Assembly (NCBI GenBank): GCA_001192655.1
Contig: BBVC01000110.1
Location: forward strand, 1-5,816
Direction of reading: 5' to 3'
From: Caedimonas varicaedens
GTDB taxonomy: Bacteria; Pseudomonadota; Alphaproteobacteria; Caedimonadales; Caedimonadaceae
Length of the DNA: 5,816 bases
Positions 1-5,816 of the stretch are shown piece after piece. The position numbers and the translations under genes were made by a program. The notes under the pieces are model-generated. The model saw nothing but the letters and a program-made list of their open reading frames with translations, was not told the DNA's origin and searched no databases. How positions within the stretch are numbered: the first letter of the stretch is position 1; each line of letters starts with the position of its first letter.

Positions 1-24
1 TATGACCGTTTTATATGTTGTTAG

Positions 25-540
25 CTATATATTACTGACACGAGGATCTGGAAAAATTAGGGTTTCATCTGTTTTCACACTCACCAGCTCCCACAAACTT
101 TGAGAAGGAATGGAGATTTTTTGCGTATTATAAAAAACCGCCAGATACCCATAGTAAAGAGGAAGAAAGGTCTCATTCTTCCACTGAAAAGGAAAATAAA
201 GATTCTCTCTTATCTCTGGGGGAAAAGAGGTTCCTTTCATTTCTGCAATGTATTCACTTTCCACACCTATAACGATATCAGCCACAGGTCGATCTTCTTC
301 TCGTTTGAGACGGGAATAAAGCTCTAAACTTGAAAGAGGAATCCACTCGATAGATCTTTTTTGGGAAATATTTCCTTCCTTCGGTGAGAGCGTAGCAGGA
401 AGAGCTTTTTTAAGAGAATGATAGAGTGAATCACGAATATATACTTTTAAAGGTGCCGGTTCCTGACTTTCAGACGTTCCTGCAAAAAGAAAAAATGCCA
501 CAAACAAAAGTTGACACAACAACCTCAACGGTCTCTTCAT
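25..540 (-). CDS. thiB: Periplasmic solute-binding protein of the thiamine ABC transporter family (ThiB/TbpA-like). Only the N-terminal half is present, so this is a probable truncated gene or pseudogene remnant.
   Basis: The N-terminus MKRPLRLLCQLLFVAFFLFAGTS is a typical Sec signal peptide. The segments ADIVIGVE, WKNETFLPLYYGYLAVFYN, PSQSLWELV and IFPDPRVS line up with the E. coli TbpA segments ADVVLGLD, WNNDTFVPFDYGYFAFVYD, PPQSLKELV and IYQDPRTS as I remember them. An AGGA lies 4 nt upstream of the ATG at 540. The ORF stops at TAG 22-24 after 171 aa, whereas the family is roughly twice that length. The other two minus-strand frames also hit TAA within the last 39 nt of the window. Confidence 0.6.
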   Translation of the reverse strand: MKRPLRLLCQLLFVAFFLFAGTSESQEPAPLKVYIRDSLYHSLKKALPATLSPKEGNISQKRSIEWIPLSSLELYSRLKREEDRPVADIVIGVESEYIAEMKGTSFPPEIRENLYFPFQWKNETFLPLYYGYLAVFYNTQKISIPSQSLWELVSVKTDETLIFPDPRVSNI

Positions 541-564
541 CCCATCCTACTCCCCTTGCATAAA

Positions 565-610
565 CTGGCCTCAACTGCCTCACGTCAGAAAGTTCAGATT
601 CTGTCCTCAC
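565..610 (-). repeat. Three copies of a 9-10 nt motif in the thiB-like leader. On the minus strand they read (G/T)TGAGG(N)CAG. Two copies flank a small hairpin.
   Basis: On the plus strand the copies are CTGGCCTCAA (565-574), CTGCCTCAC (575-583) and CTGTCCTCAC (601-610). Between the second and third copies, CAGAA(586-590)/TTCTG(599-603) can form a 5-bp stem. Function is unknown. Confidence 0.45.
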
Positions 611-732
611 TTCAAATGGCAAGACCACACAACTTTATTATTAGATTAAGTTTCTTTTATTTTTAGAAGGAATGCAAGGTTCGTCTCTTTATTTTCTTTT
701 ACAGGTTCCAGTTATTTTATACTTTTTATTTC

Positions 733-1179
733 CTATTTTCGGGCGAGCATGTATTGATTCTCCAGTCCTTGTGAAAGCACAAGTCCTATTTTTTCAACAA
801 CACTCGTTTCAAACGCCCAAAATTGAAATTTGGGAACTTTATGTTCAAGAAACATAAGAGTTTGTGGTTCAGGAAGGCGATCATAAGAAGGCTCTGTCAC
901 AAGCTCAATCACGACATCTACAGGAAAATATTCATGATGGGGAAGAGTCACAATCCCCACACCCCGGACCTCTAAGAGTCCTCGTAAAATCTGGGGGGGA
1001 TAACCCATCAATCGGTCGTTCTGATGCCTGAGCAAGACCTGATCATCAGAAACCAAAAGACCGCCGCACTCAATCAAACGCAACGCAAGATCAGATTTCC
1101 CCGAGCCTGAAGCGCCAATCAACAAGATCCCACGAGATCGATAGTCAACCAAGCTGGCATGCAGGTGCTGTTGTATCAT
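733..1179 (-). CDS. hprK: HPr kinase/phosphorylase, the short alphaproteobacterial form with the C-terminal catalytic domain only
   Basis: The Walker A motif GASGSGKS is followed by DLALRLI and LVSDD. The HprK signature LLEVRGVGIV is present. At 148 aa it lacks the N-terminal domain seen in Firmicutes enzymes, as is usual in alphaproteobacteria. Confidence 0.87.
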   Translation of the reverse strand: MIQQHLHASLVDYRSRGILLIGASGSGKSDLALRLIECGGLLVSDDQVLLRHQNDRLMGYPPQILRGLLEVRGVGIVTLPHHEYFPVDVVIELVTEPSYDRLPEPQTLMFLEHKVPKFQFWAFETSVVEKIGLVLSQGLENQYMLARK

Positions 1180-1211
1180 AAACGGTAACTTACTTTAGGA
1201 ATTGCTTTCAA

Positions 1212-1248
1212 CAATAAAAAAACGGCGCTGAAAATTCAACGCCGTTTT
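1212..1248 (-). terminator. Rho-independent terminator downstream of the OmpA-family gene
   Basis: The stem pairs AAAACGGCG (1219-1227) with CGCCGTTTT (1240-1248), giving 9 bp and a 12-nt loop. On the minus strand the hairpin is followed by TTTTTATTG, and the A-run at 1216-1220 extends the U-tract. The hairpin top lies 19 nt after the TAA stop at 1268-1270. Confidence 0.75.
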
Positions 1249-1267
1249 AAGGTTACTTTTTGATTCT

Positions 1268-2095
1268 TTAGTGAATATGAATCATTACTTTTCTGTTCTT
1301 TGGCATGACTTCAGGGCCTTCAATTTCACCTGCTCCTACAGGGATAATACGCCGTGAATCAATGCCCAGACGGACAAGCTCATTAGCAACAGTTGCAGCC
1401 CGTTTTTGCGAGAGGATCAAATTATGCTTGCGTCCTCCCTTGGCATCTGCATAGCCTGTTACATCCAAAGTTGCCTTGTTCATATTTGCAGCAACCTTGG
1501 CCACTTCCTGCAACATTTTGGTTGATTCAGGCATCAGGTTCCAATGGTCGTCACCAAAATAAACACTAAAAGTTGGAGCTTCGCGCTCAACAGCACTTTC
1601 AACAGCCGTCAGGTTTTTCTCAAACATTTCTCTGCACATCGCAGGATCATTATTGTCAGCACTGCAATCCTGGCATTCACTGAGACGATCAATCATACAA
1701 TCAAAACCCACTTGCGCCGCAGCAGCTTCCTTAGGAGCTAGGCGCCTTCCGCTTTTTGTCAAAGAGAAAAGCAGGCGGTGACGCATATGCATAAGATCCG
1801 GCAGCATCTCTTCTGGAACATCCCATTTGCGAGGATCTTCGGGCAGGATATTTTCGCCAGCAGCAGCCTGCAAACCCTTTACAGCAAAATAGCTTGCATC
1901 GCTTTCATCCCATCTTGCATCTTCGTGTTGCGCGAGAGCCTGATATTGATTTGCAAGTTCTCTTGAAAATTCATAGCCATCACGATTAGCATGTTCCAGT
2001 TGATCGATATCATAGCTCGCACAATTAGCTGTCAGCAGAGCCGCAGCAAGCGCCCCTACCTTGAATATAAGACTTGTCGGTTTATTTTCAGACAT
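1268..2095 (-). CDS. OmpA-family peptidoglycan-associated envelope protein (putative lipoprotein) with an alphaproteobacterial-type N-terminal domain
   Basis: The N-terminal hydrophobic stretch VGALAAALLTANC is followed by Cys25. This is lipobox-like, although Asn at position -1 is atypical. The C-terminus has an OmpA_C-like domain with VTGYADAKGG and NLILSQKRAATVANELVRLGI (the NxxLSxxRA peptidoglycan-binding motif). The central region (YQALAQHED...DASYFAVKGLQAAAGENILPE...FDCMIDR) resembles a family of alphaproteobacterial OmpA-like proteins I recall. An SD-like GGGAAGAG lies upstream of the ATG at 2095. Confidence 0.85.
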   Translation of the reverse strand: MSENKPTSLIFKVGALAAALLTANCASYDIDQLEHANRDGYEFSRELANQYQALAQHEDARWDESDASYFAVKGLQAAAGENILPEDPRKWDVPEEMLPDLMHMRHRLLFSLTKSGRRLAPKEAAAAQVGFDCMIDRLSECQDCSADNNDPAMCREMFEKNLTAVESAVEREAPTFSVYFGDDHWNLMPESTKMLQEVAKVAANMNKATLDVTGYADAKGGRKHNLILSQKRAATVANELVRLGIDSRRIIPVGAGEIEGPEVMPKNRKVMIHIH

Positions 2096-2128
2096 TTGCT
2101 CTTCCCTTCTTTATTAATTCTATTTTTT

Positions 2129-2148
2129 AGATCGAATGTTCACGATCT
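2129..2148. promoter_or_regulatory. Palindrome AGATCG-N8-CGATCT in the 5' leader or operator region of the OmpA-family gene
   Basis: AGATCGAATGTTCACGATCT has perfect 6-bp arms. It sits 34-53 nt upstream of the start at 2095, in an otherwise very AT-rich spacer. Confidence 0.35.
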
Positions 2149-2180
2149 ATTCCCTTGTATACACTTTTAATAAATTAATT

Positions 2181-2208
2181 TCTATACCCTGCTAAACTTA
2201 AATGTAAA
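2181..2208 (-). promoter_or_regulatory. Candidate sigma70-type promoter for the OmpA-family gene
   Basis: The minus strand reads TTTACA (2208-2203), a 16-nt spacer, then TATAGA (2186-2181). This would give a leader of roughly 75-80 nt containing the 2129-2148 palindrome. The call rests on sequence pattern only. Confidence 0.3.
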
Positions 2209-2397
2209 ACATCCCATTTTTTAACTGAGCTAGATCAATGTGCCTATGAATCGTAAATTTTTTATTAAATTTGAATAATCTCGCCTACTTTTTTTCAATT
2301 TTTCCATTACAGAATATGGCGTAAATCATAATTTAGGATTTGCTTTAGTTCACACGAGAAGATAAAGTGCCAAAAAAGGCTGAAAAATGAGGGAAAA

Positions 2398-3036
2398 ATG
2401 AGTGATTTAATAGAAGAAATTAAAGAAGATGTCAGGTTTGACCAACTCATTAAATTCTTTAGAACTTATGCTAATTACATTATAAGTGCTGTTCTGGTAG
2501 GGCTTATTTTTTCTGTGTCCTATGTGTTTTGGCAACACTCAAAGGAAAAACAGCAACGGGTAATGGCTATCCAGTTTGACCAAGCACTACAAGAGTCCAC
2601 AAATGGGCACAATAAACAGGCAATGGCGTTATTGACAGCTCTTGAGCAAAGCGCTTCGTCGGGGTATAAAACTCTGGCAGCCTTTCGGCGCAGTATGCTG
2701 GAATCAAATTCCTCAGAAGAAAAAGTGCGCATTTATACAGAGATTATGCACGATTCAAAAATCGAACCTAAGTTTCGTGAACTTGCAACTGTTTTATGGG
2801 GCTATGAAACCATCGATTCAGAAGGAGAGGCTCAACTTTGGGAAAAACTAGAGCCAATAGCTCAAAGCAAAAGCCCCTGGATGAATAGTGCCAGCGAATT
2901 ACTCGCATTTCTTGAAATACGTACCGGAAAAACAGGCGCCGCTATTCAACGATTAAAAGCACTCAATAACGATGAAAACGTTGTTTCAGGTATACGGGCA
3001 CGCGCCTTTGCCCTGCTTGAACAACTCGGCGGCTGA
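2398..3036 (+). CDS. YfgM-like membrane-anchored tetratricopeptide-repeat protein (ancillary SecYEG/periplasmic chaperone family)
   Basis: The N-terminus MSDLIEEIKEDVRFDQLIKFFRTYANY is followed by one TM helix (IISAVLVGLIFSVSYVFW) and an alpha-helical, TPR-like periplasmic part. This matches the alphaproteobacterial proteins found upstream of bamB. The gene order yfgM-bamB-der is the same as in E. coli. A GAGGGA SD lies just upstream of the ATG at 2398. Confidence 0.72.
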   Translation: MSDLIEEIKEDVRFDQLIKFFRTYANYIISAVLVGLIFSVSYVFWQHSKEKQQRVMAIQFDQALQESTNGHNKQAMALLTALEQSASSGYKTLAAFRRSMLESNSSEEKVRIYTEIMHDSKIEPKFRELATVLWGYETIDSEGEAQLWEKLEPIAQSKSPWMNSASELLAFLEIRTGKTGAAIQRLKALNNDENVVSGIRARAFALLEQLGG

Positions 3037-3079
3037 GAAGCTGTCTAAAATATTCATTAAGCACCAAATGAGGAACATT

Positions 3080-4435
3080 ATGCGTTATATGATTTTATTG
3101 GTCATCCCTCTTTTCCTGACAGGATGTGAAACATTTTTTGGAAAAAAAGCTAAAGAGCCTCTGACAGGAGAACGTCAGCGCGTTCTGATAACGTCAGAGA
3201 ATATCACGCCGGCTTCCGAAGTAGCACATCTTTATGTGGGTCTTCCTGAAGCCGTTCATAATCAGGAATGGAGTATGTCAGGCGGTAACGCCTGCCATGC
3301 CATGTTGCCTGGTCTTATCAATACAAAGATTGAAAAAGTGTGGGAACGAAGCGTCGGTGCTGGCAATGGAAGCTCTTTTCAATTGTTTAATTCGTCCATG
3401 GGGTTTCTTAGCAATAGTTCCTATCGTCTTTTAAATGGGCCTATTGCTGCTGAGGGGAAAATTTTTACCATTGATGCAGAAGGTACTGTTCTTGCAACCA
3501 CTCTTAAAACAGGAGAAGAAGTATGGCAAACTGAGACCATTCCTTCTTCCGAGCGTTCACAGCCTTTTGGGGGCGGTCTTGCCTATGAATATCACAAAAT
3601 TTATGTTTCTACAGCCAATGCAGAAGTTTTGGCGCTGGATGCTCAAAAAGGAACAATTCTTTGGCGCGCTGCAACTTCTGGACCCGTTCGCACTGCGCCT
3701 ACAGTCAAGGATGGACGAGTTTTTGTCGTCACGATTAATAACCAGTTGGAAACATTTGATGCGAACACGGGAAAACTTCTGTGGACACATACAGGGATTA
3801 TTGAAAGCGCTGGACTTCTGGGCGGCGCCAGTCCTGCTGTTCATGAAGGCGTTGTTGTCGTTCCCTATTCTTCAGGAGAAGTATTTGCCCTGCGTGTAGA
3901 AAATGGATATCCGCTGTGGTCAGAAAGCCTGACCACATCCAAACGCCTTGATTCCATTTCATCGCTTTCTCACATCAAGGCGCGTCCCATCATCGATCAT
4001 GATCTTGTTTTTCTTGTGGGTAACAGCGGAAGAATGAGCGCTCTTGATTTGCGCAGCGGTCAAACAGTCTGGACAAAAGATATTGGGGGGGTTCGCACTC
4101 CTGCCATTGCCGGAGGCTTTATTTTCATGGTCACCAATGAAAATAGTCTAGTGTGTTTGAAACGGGATACAGGAGATGTTCTGTGGGTTAAAAAACTCCC
4201 GCAATTTGTAAATCCTACAGCCCATGAGGAACCCATTTTCTGGGCTGGACCTATTTTGGCTAACAACCAGCTTGTTCTGGCGGGATCAAATGGTCATGGA
4301 CTGATTCTGATGGCCGATACCGGCAAGAAATCACTGGAATTTGAGCTTCCCGGTCAAACGACTCTTTCTCCCATTCTGGTTGATAAGACACTGGTCTTTT
4401 TAACGGATTCAGCAACGCTTGTTGCCTATCGATGA
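3080..4435 (+). CDS. bamB: Outer-membrane protein assembly factor BamB (PQQ-like beta-propeller lipoprotein)
   Basis: The lipoprotein signal MRYMILLVIPLFLTGC has an LTGC lipobox, with the Cys codon at 3125-3127. Repeated beta-propeller blades follow (G.V.A.D..TG...W, for example ALDAQKGTILW, TFDANTGKLLW, ALDLRSGQTVW, CLKRDTGDVLW). The start at 3080 is preferred because AGGA (3071-3074) lies 5 nt upstream. The ATG at 3068 is a possible alternative. The track start at 2972 overlaps yfgM and precedes the signal peptide. The position between yfgM-like and der also fits. Confidence 0.9.
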   Translation: MRYMILLVIPLFLTGCETFFGKKAKEPLTGERQRVLITSENITPASEVAHLYVGLPEAVHNQEWSMSGGNACHAMLPGLINTKIEKVWERSVGAGNGSSFQLFNSSMGFLSNSSYRLLNGPIAAEGKIFTIDAEGTVLATTLKTGEEVWQTETIPSSERSQPFGGGLAYEYHKIYVSTANAEVLALDAQKGTILWRAATSGPVRTAPTVKDGRVFVVTINNQLETFDANTGKLLWTHTGIIESAGLLGGASPAVHEGVVVVPYSSGEVFALRVENGYPLWSESLTTSKRLDSISSLSHIKARPIIDHDLVFLVGNSGRMSALDLRSGQTVWTKDIGGVRTPAIAGGFIFMVTNENSLVCLKRDTGDVLWVKKLPQFVNPTAHEEPIFWAGPILANNQLVLAGSNGHGLILMADTGKKSLEFELPGQTTLSPILVDKTLVFLTDSATLVAYR

Positions 4436-5808
4436 CACAAAAATCCGGAAGGGGAGAACCTCTTTTAAAGCTGGTGATCCTGGGGCGCCCTAATGTAGGT
4501 AAATCAACTCTATTTAACAGGCTGGCGGGACGAAAGCTCGCTATCGTTCATAACCATCCTGGTGTGACGCGCGATTGGCGTGAAGCCGAGGGAAAACTTG
4601 CGGACTTGCACTTTCACATCTGTGATACAGCAGGGTTGGACGGGTTTGAATCCCCTGAAATTAAAGAGCAAATCACTCAACAGACCAGCCAACTGATTCA
4701 AAAAGCGGATATTCTTCTTTTTATGACTGATGCGCGAGAAGGTATTACCAGTTCTGAAGTAATGCTTGCACAACAGGCGCGACTGACCGAAAAACCTCTC
4801 ATCATGATTGCCAACAAATGTGAGGGAAGAGAAGGTCGTCAGAACCTCTATGAGGTTTATCGTTTGGGTCTGGGCGACCCGATCCCTGTCTCAGCCGAAC
4901 ATGGTGAGGGGCTGGATGATCTCTATCAGGCACTGGTTCCTTATTTTAAAGAGGAGGAGGAAGAAGATCCGGTAGAAACGCCACCCTTGCCAGAAGAGAT
5001 GCGTCCCTTGAGGCTGGCCATCGCAGGACGCCCCAATGTAGGTAAATCTACCCTGATGAATGCTCTGTTGGGAGAATCCCGGGTTTTAACAGGAGACCAG
5101 CCCGGCATTACCCGCGATGCTGTGATCATTCCATGGCACTACGAGAAGCGGGAAATTCAGTTGGTGGATACCGCAGGGCTTCGTCGCCGCAGTCGCATTG
5201 AAGCATCGCTGGAAAAATTTTCTGCGCGCAGCACTCTGGAAGAAATTCGTTACGCCCAGATTGTCGTGCTTGTTTTGGATGCCCATGATCCGCTGAATAA
5301 ACAAGATTTAACCATTGCTTCTAACGTCATTGAAGAAGGGCGTGGACTGGTCATTGCCCTGAACAAATGGGATAGCGCCGATCAAAAGGAATGGCACAAT
5401 ATTGTTCATAAATTGGGACAATCCCTGTCTCAGGTGAAGGGTATTCCCATCATTCCCATCTCAGCCCTTAAAAAACGGAATCTGGATAAATTGATGAAGG
5501 CTGTCCTTCAGATGGATCAGCTTTGGCATCACCGCATTTCCACTTCTCAATTAAATCAGTGGCTGGAAATGGCCATTGAGCGTCATCCACCCCCCCTTTC
5601 CGGCGGTACACGTGTTAAGATTAAGTACGCCACTCAAATTAAAACTCGTCCCCCTACTTTTGCCTTGTTTGTCAGCAAGCCGGTGGAGTTACCCGATTCC
5701 TACACCCGTTATCTGATGACGTCACTGAGGGATACCTTCAATCTGCCGGGTGTTCCGTTACGGTTTCTTTTGCGCAAGGGCAAGAATCCCTACGATCCAA
5801 AAAAGTAA
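4432..5808 (+). CDS. der: Ribosome-biogenesis GTPase Der (EngA), with tandem GTPase domains and a KH-like C-terminal domain
   Basis: There are two G domains. GD1 has GRPNVGKST (aa 18-26), DTAG and NKCE. GD2 has GRPNVGKST (aa 199-207), DTAG and NKWD. An acidic linker (KEEEEEDP) separates them. The C-terminus has a KH-like tail (IKYATQIKTRPPTFALF...YLMTSLRDTFNLPGVPLRFLLRKGKNPY). The ATG at 4432 overlaps the bamB TGA as ATGA. The in-frame GTG at 4474 is a less likely alternative start. Confidence 0.97.
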   Translation: MTQKSGRGEPLLKLVILGRPNVGKSTLFNRLAGRKLAIVHNHPGVTRDWREAEGKLADLHFHICDTAGLDGFESPEIKEQITQQTSQLIQKADILLFMTDAREGITSSEVMLAQQARLTEKPLIMIANKCEGREGRQNLYEVYRLGLGDPIPVSAEHGEGLDDLYQALVPYFKEEEEEDPVETPPLPEEMRPLRLAIAGRPNVGKSTLMNALLGESRVLTGDQPGITRDAVIIPWHYEKREIQLVDTAGLRRRSRIEASLEKFSARSTLEEIRYAQIVVLVLDAHDPLNKQDLTIASNVIEEGRGLVIALNKWDSADQKEWHNIVHKLGQSLSQVKGIPIIPISALKKRNLDKLMKAVLQMDQLWHHRISTSQLNQWLEMAIERHPPPLSGGTRVKIKYATQIKTRPPTFALFVSKPVELPDSYTRYLMTSLRDTFNLPGVPLRFLLRKGKNPYDPKK

Positions 5809-5816
5809 AATATTTT

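Noticed and set aside
541-732. Possible TPP (THI-box) riboswitch upstream of the thiB-like gene
   Set aside because: I read the minus strand base by base and found no CUGAGA, no ACCUGAUCUGG..CCAGCG core and no P1-P5 helix layout. The only loose resemblances are GTGAGGA and AATCTGAAC. A covariance-model scan would be decisive.
2136-2195. A 19-codon ORF (MFTIYSLVYTFNKLISIPC) in the divergent intergenic region
   Set aside because: It has no SD, sits in AT-rich sequence where such ORFs arise by chance, and overlaps the predicted leader and promoter of the OmpA-like gene on the opposite strand.
2387-2401. Four-codon mini-ORFs immediately upstream of start codons: ATG AGG GAA AAA TGA before yfgM, and ATG CAA GGG GAG TAG on the minus strand at about 547-561 before thiB
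   Set aside because: They are too short and are made of the purine-rich SD regions themselves. They are most simply chance ATGs within ribosome-binding sites.
2972-3079. The 5' extension of the bamB ORF given in the track (start at 2972)
   Set aside because: It overlaps the last 65 nt of the yfgM-like gene and would add 36 non-hydrophobic residues ahead of a perfectly good lipoprotein signal peptide. The ATG at 3080 has an AGGA SD at proper spacing.
3234-3899. Long same-strand alternative-frame ORFs inside bamB (66 aa and 154 aa, contiguous in one frame with a single stop at 3432-3434)
   Set aside because: The translations are L/F/K-rich and low in complexity, as expected for off-frame reading. 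There is no RBS and the ORFs lie wholly inside a well-supported gene. My rough estimate is that an open stretch of this length in the +1 frame is not very improbable, since stops there require NTG-A or NTA-R codon junctions.
4483-5052. Near-identical nucleotide repeat AATGTAGGTAAATC, at about 4491-4504 and about 5034-5047
   Set aside because: It encodes the two GRPNVGKST P-loops of the tandem Der GTPase domains. This is an expected internal duplication, not a mobile or regulatory repeat.
100-5304. Antisense and shadow ORFs from the track (100-327+, 672-857+, 1544-1741+, 1778-1966+, 2520-2732-, 2642-2851+, 3557-3844-, 4060-4266-, 4510-4773-, 4941-5129-, 5086-5304-)
   Set aside because: All are 61-95 aa, lie wholly or almost wholly inside confidently assigned genes, and show no recognisable motifs and odd composition. 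The GAAGGA before the 672 ATG directly abuts the start codon, which is too close to serve as an SD.
1-5816. A novel defence, mobile or accessory system, CRISPR array, tRNA or rRNA gene, or IS element
   Set aside because: Every ORF longer than 100 aa is accounted for by a recognisable housekeeping or envelope family. The intergenic regions are short or AT-rich, without repeat arrays, cloverleaf-capable GC stems or terminal inverted repeats. The only hint of rearrangement is the truncated thiB-like gene at the very edge of the window.

Overview
This window looks like ordinary core chromosome from a moderately AT-rich alphaproteobacterium. The lineage call is inference from a short, C-terminal-domain-only HprK, an alpha-type OmpA-family protein and an alpha-type YfgM-like N-terminus. 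All six substantial ORFs can be assigned by reading the translations. On the minus strand are a ThiB/TbpA-like periplasmic binding protein that ends about half-way through the family length (25-540), a short HPr kinase/phosphorylase (733-1179) and an OmpA-family envelope protein (1268-2095) followed by a clear rho-independent terminator. On the plus strand is the conserved yfgM-like / bamB / der cluster (2398-5808), with a 4-nt ATGA overlap between bamB and der. I see no tRNA or rRNA, CRISPR array, transposase or integrase, toxin-antitoxin pair or unassigned multi-gene block, so I do not think a novel system is present. The points worth a second look are modest: the apparent thiB remnant and the lack of a THI-box in its leader, a triple short repeat in that leader, an hprK without its usual partners, a terminator sitting almost on the hprK start, a palindrome in the OmpA-like leader, and an NKCE G4 motif in Der domain 1. 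All homology statements come from my recollection of family motifs, not from a database search.
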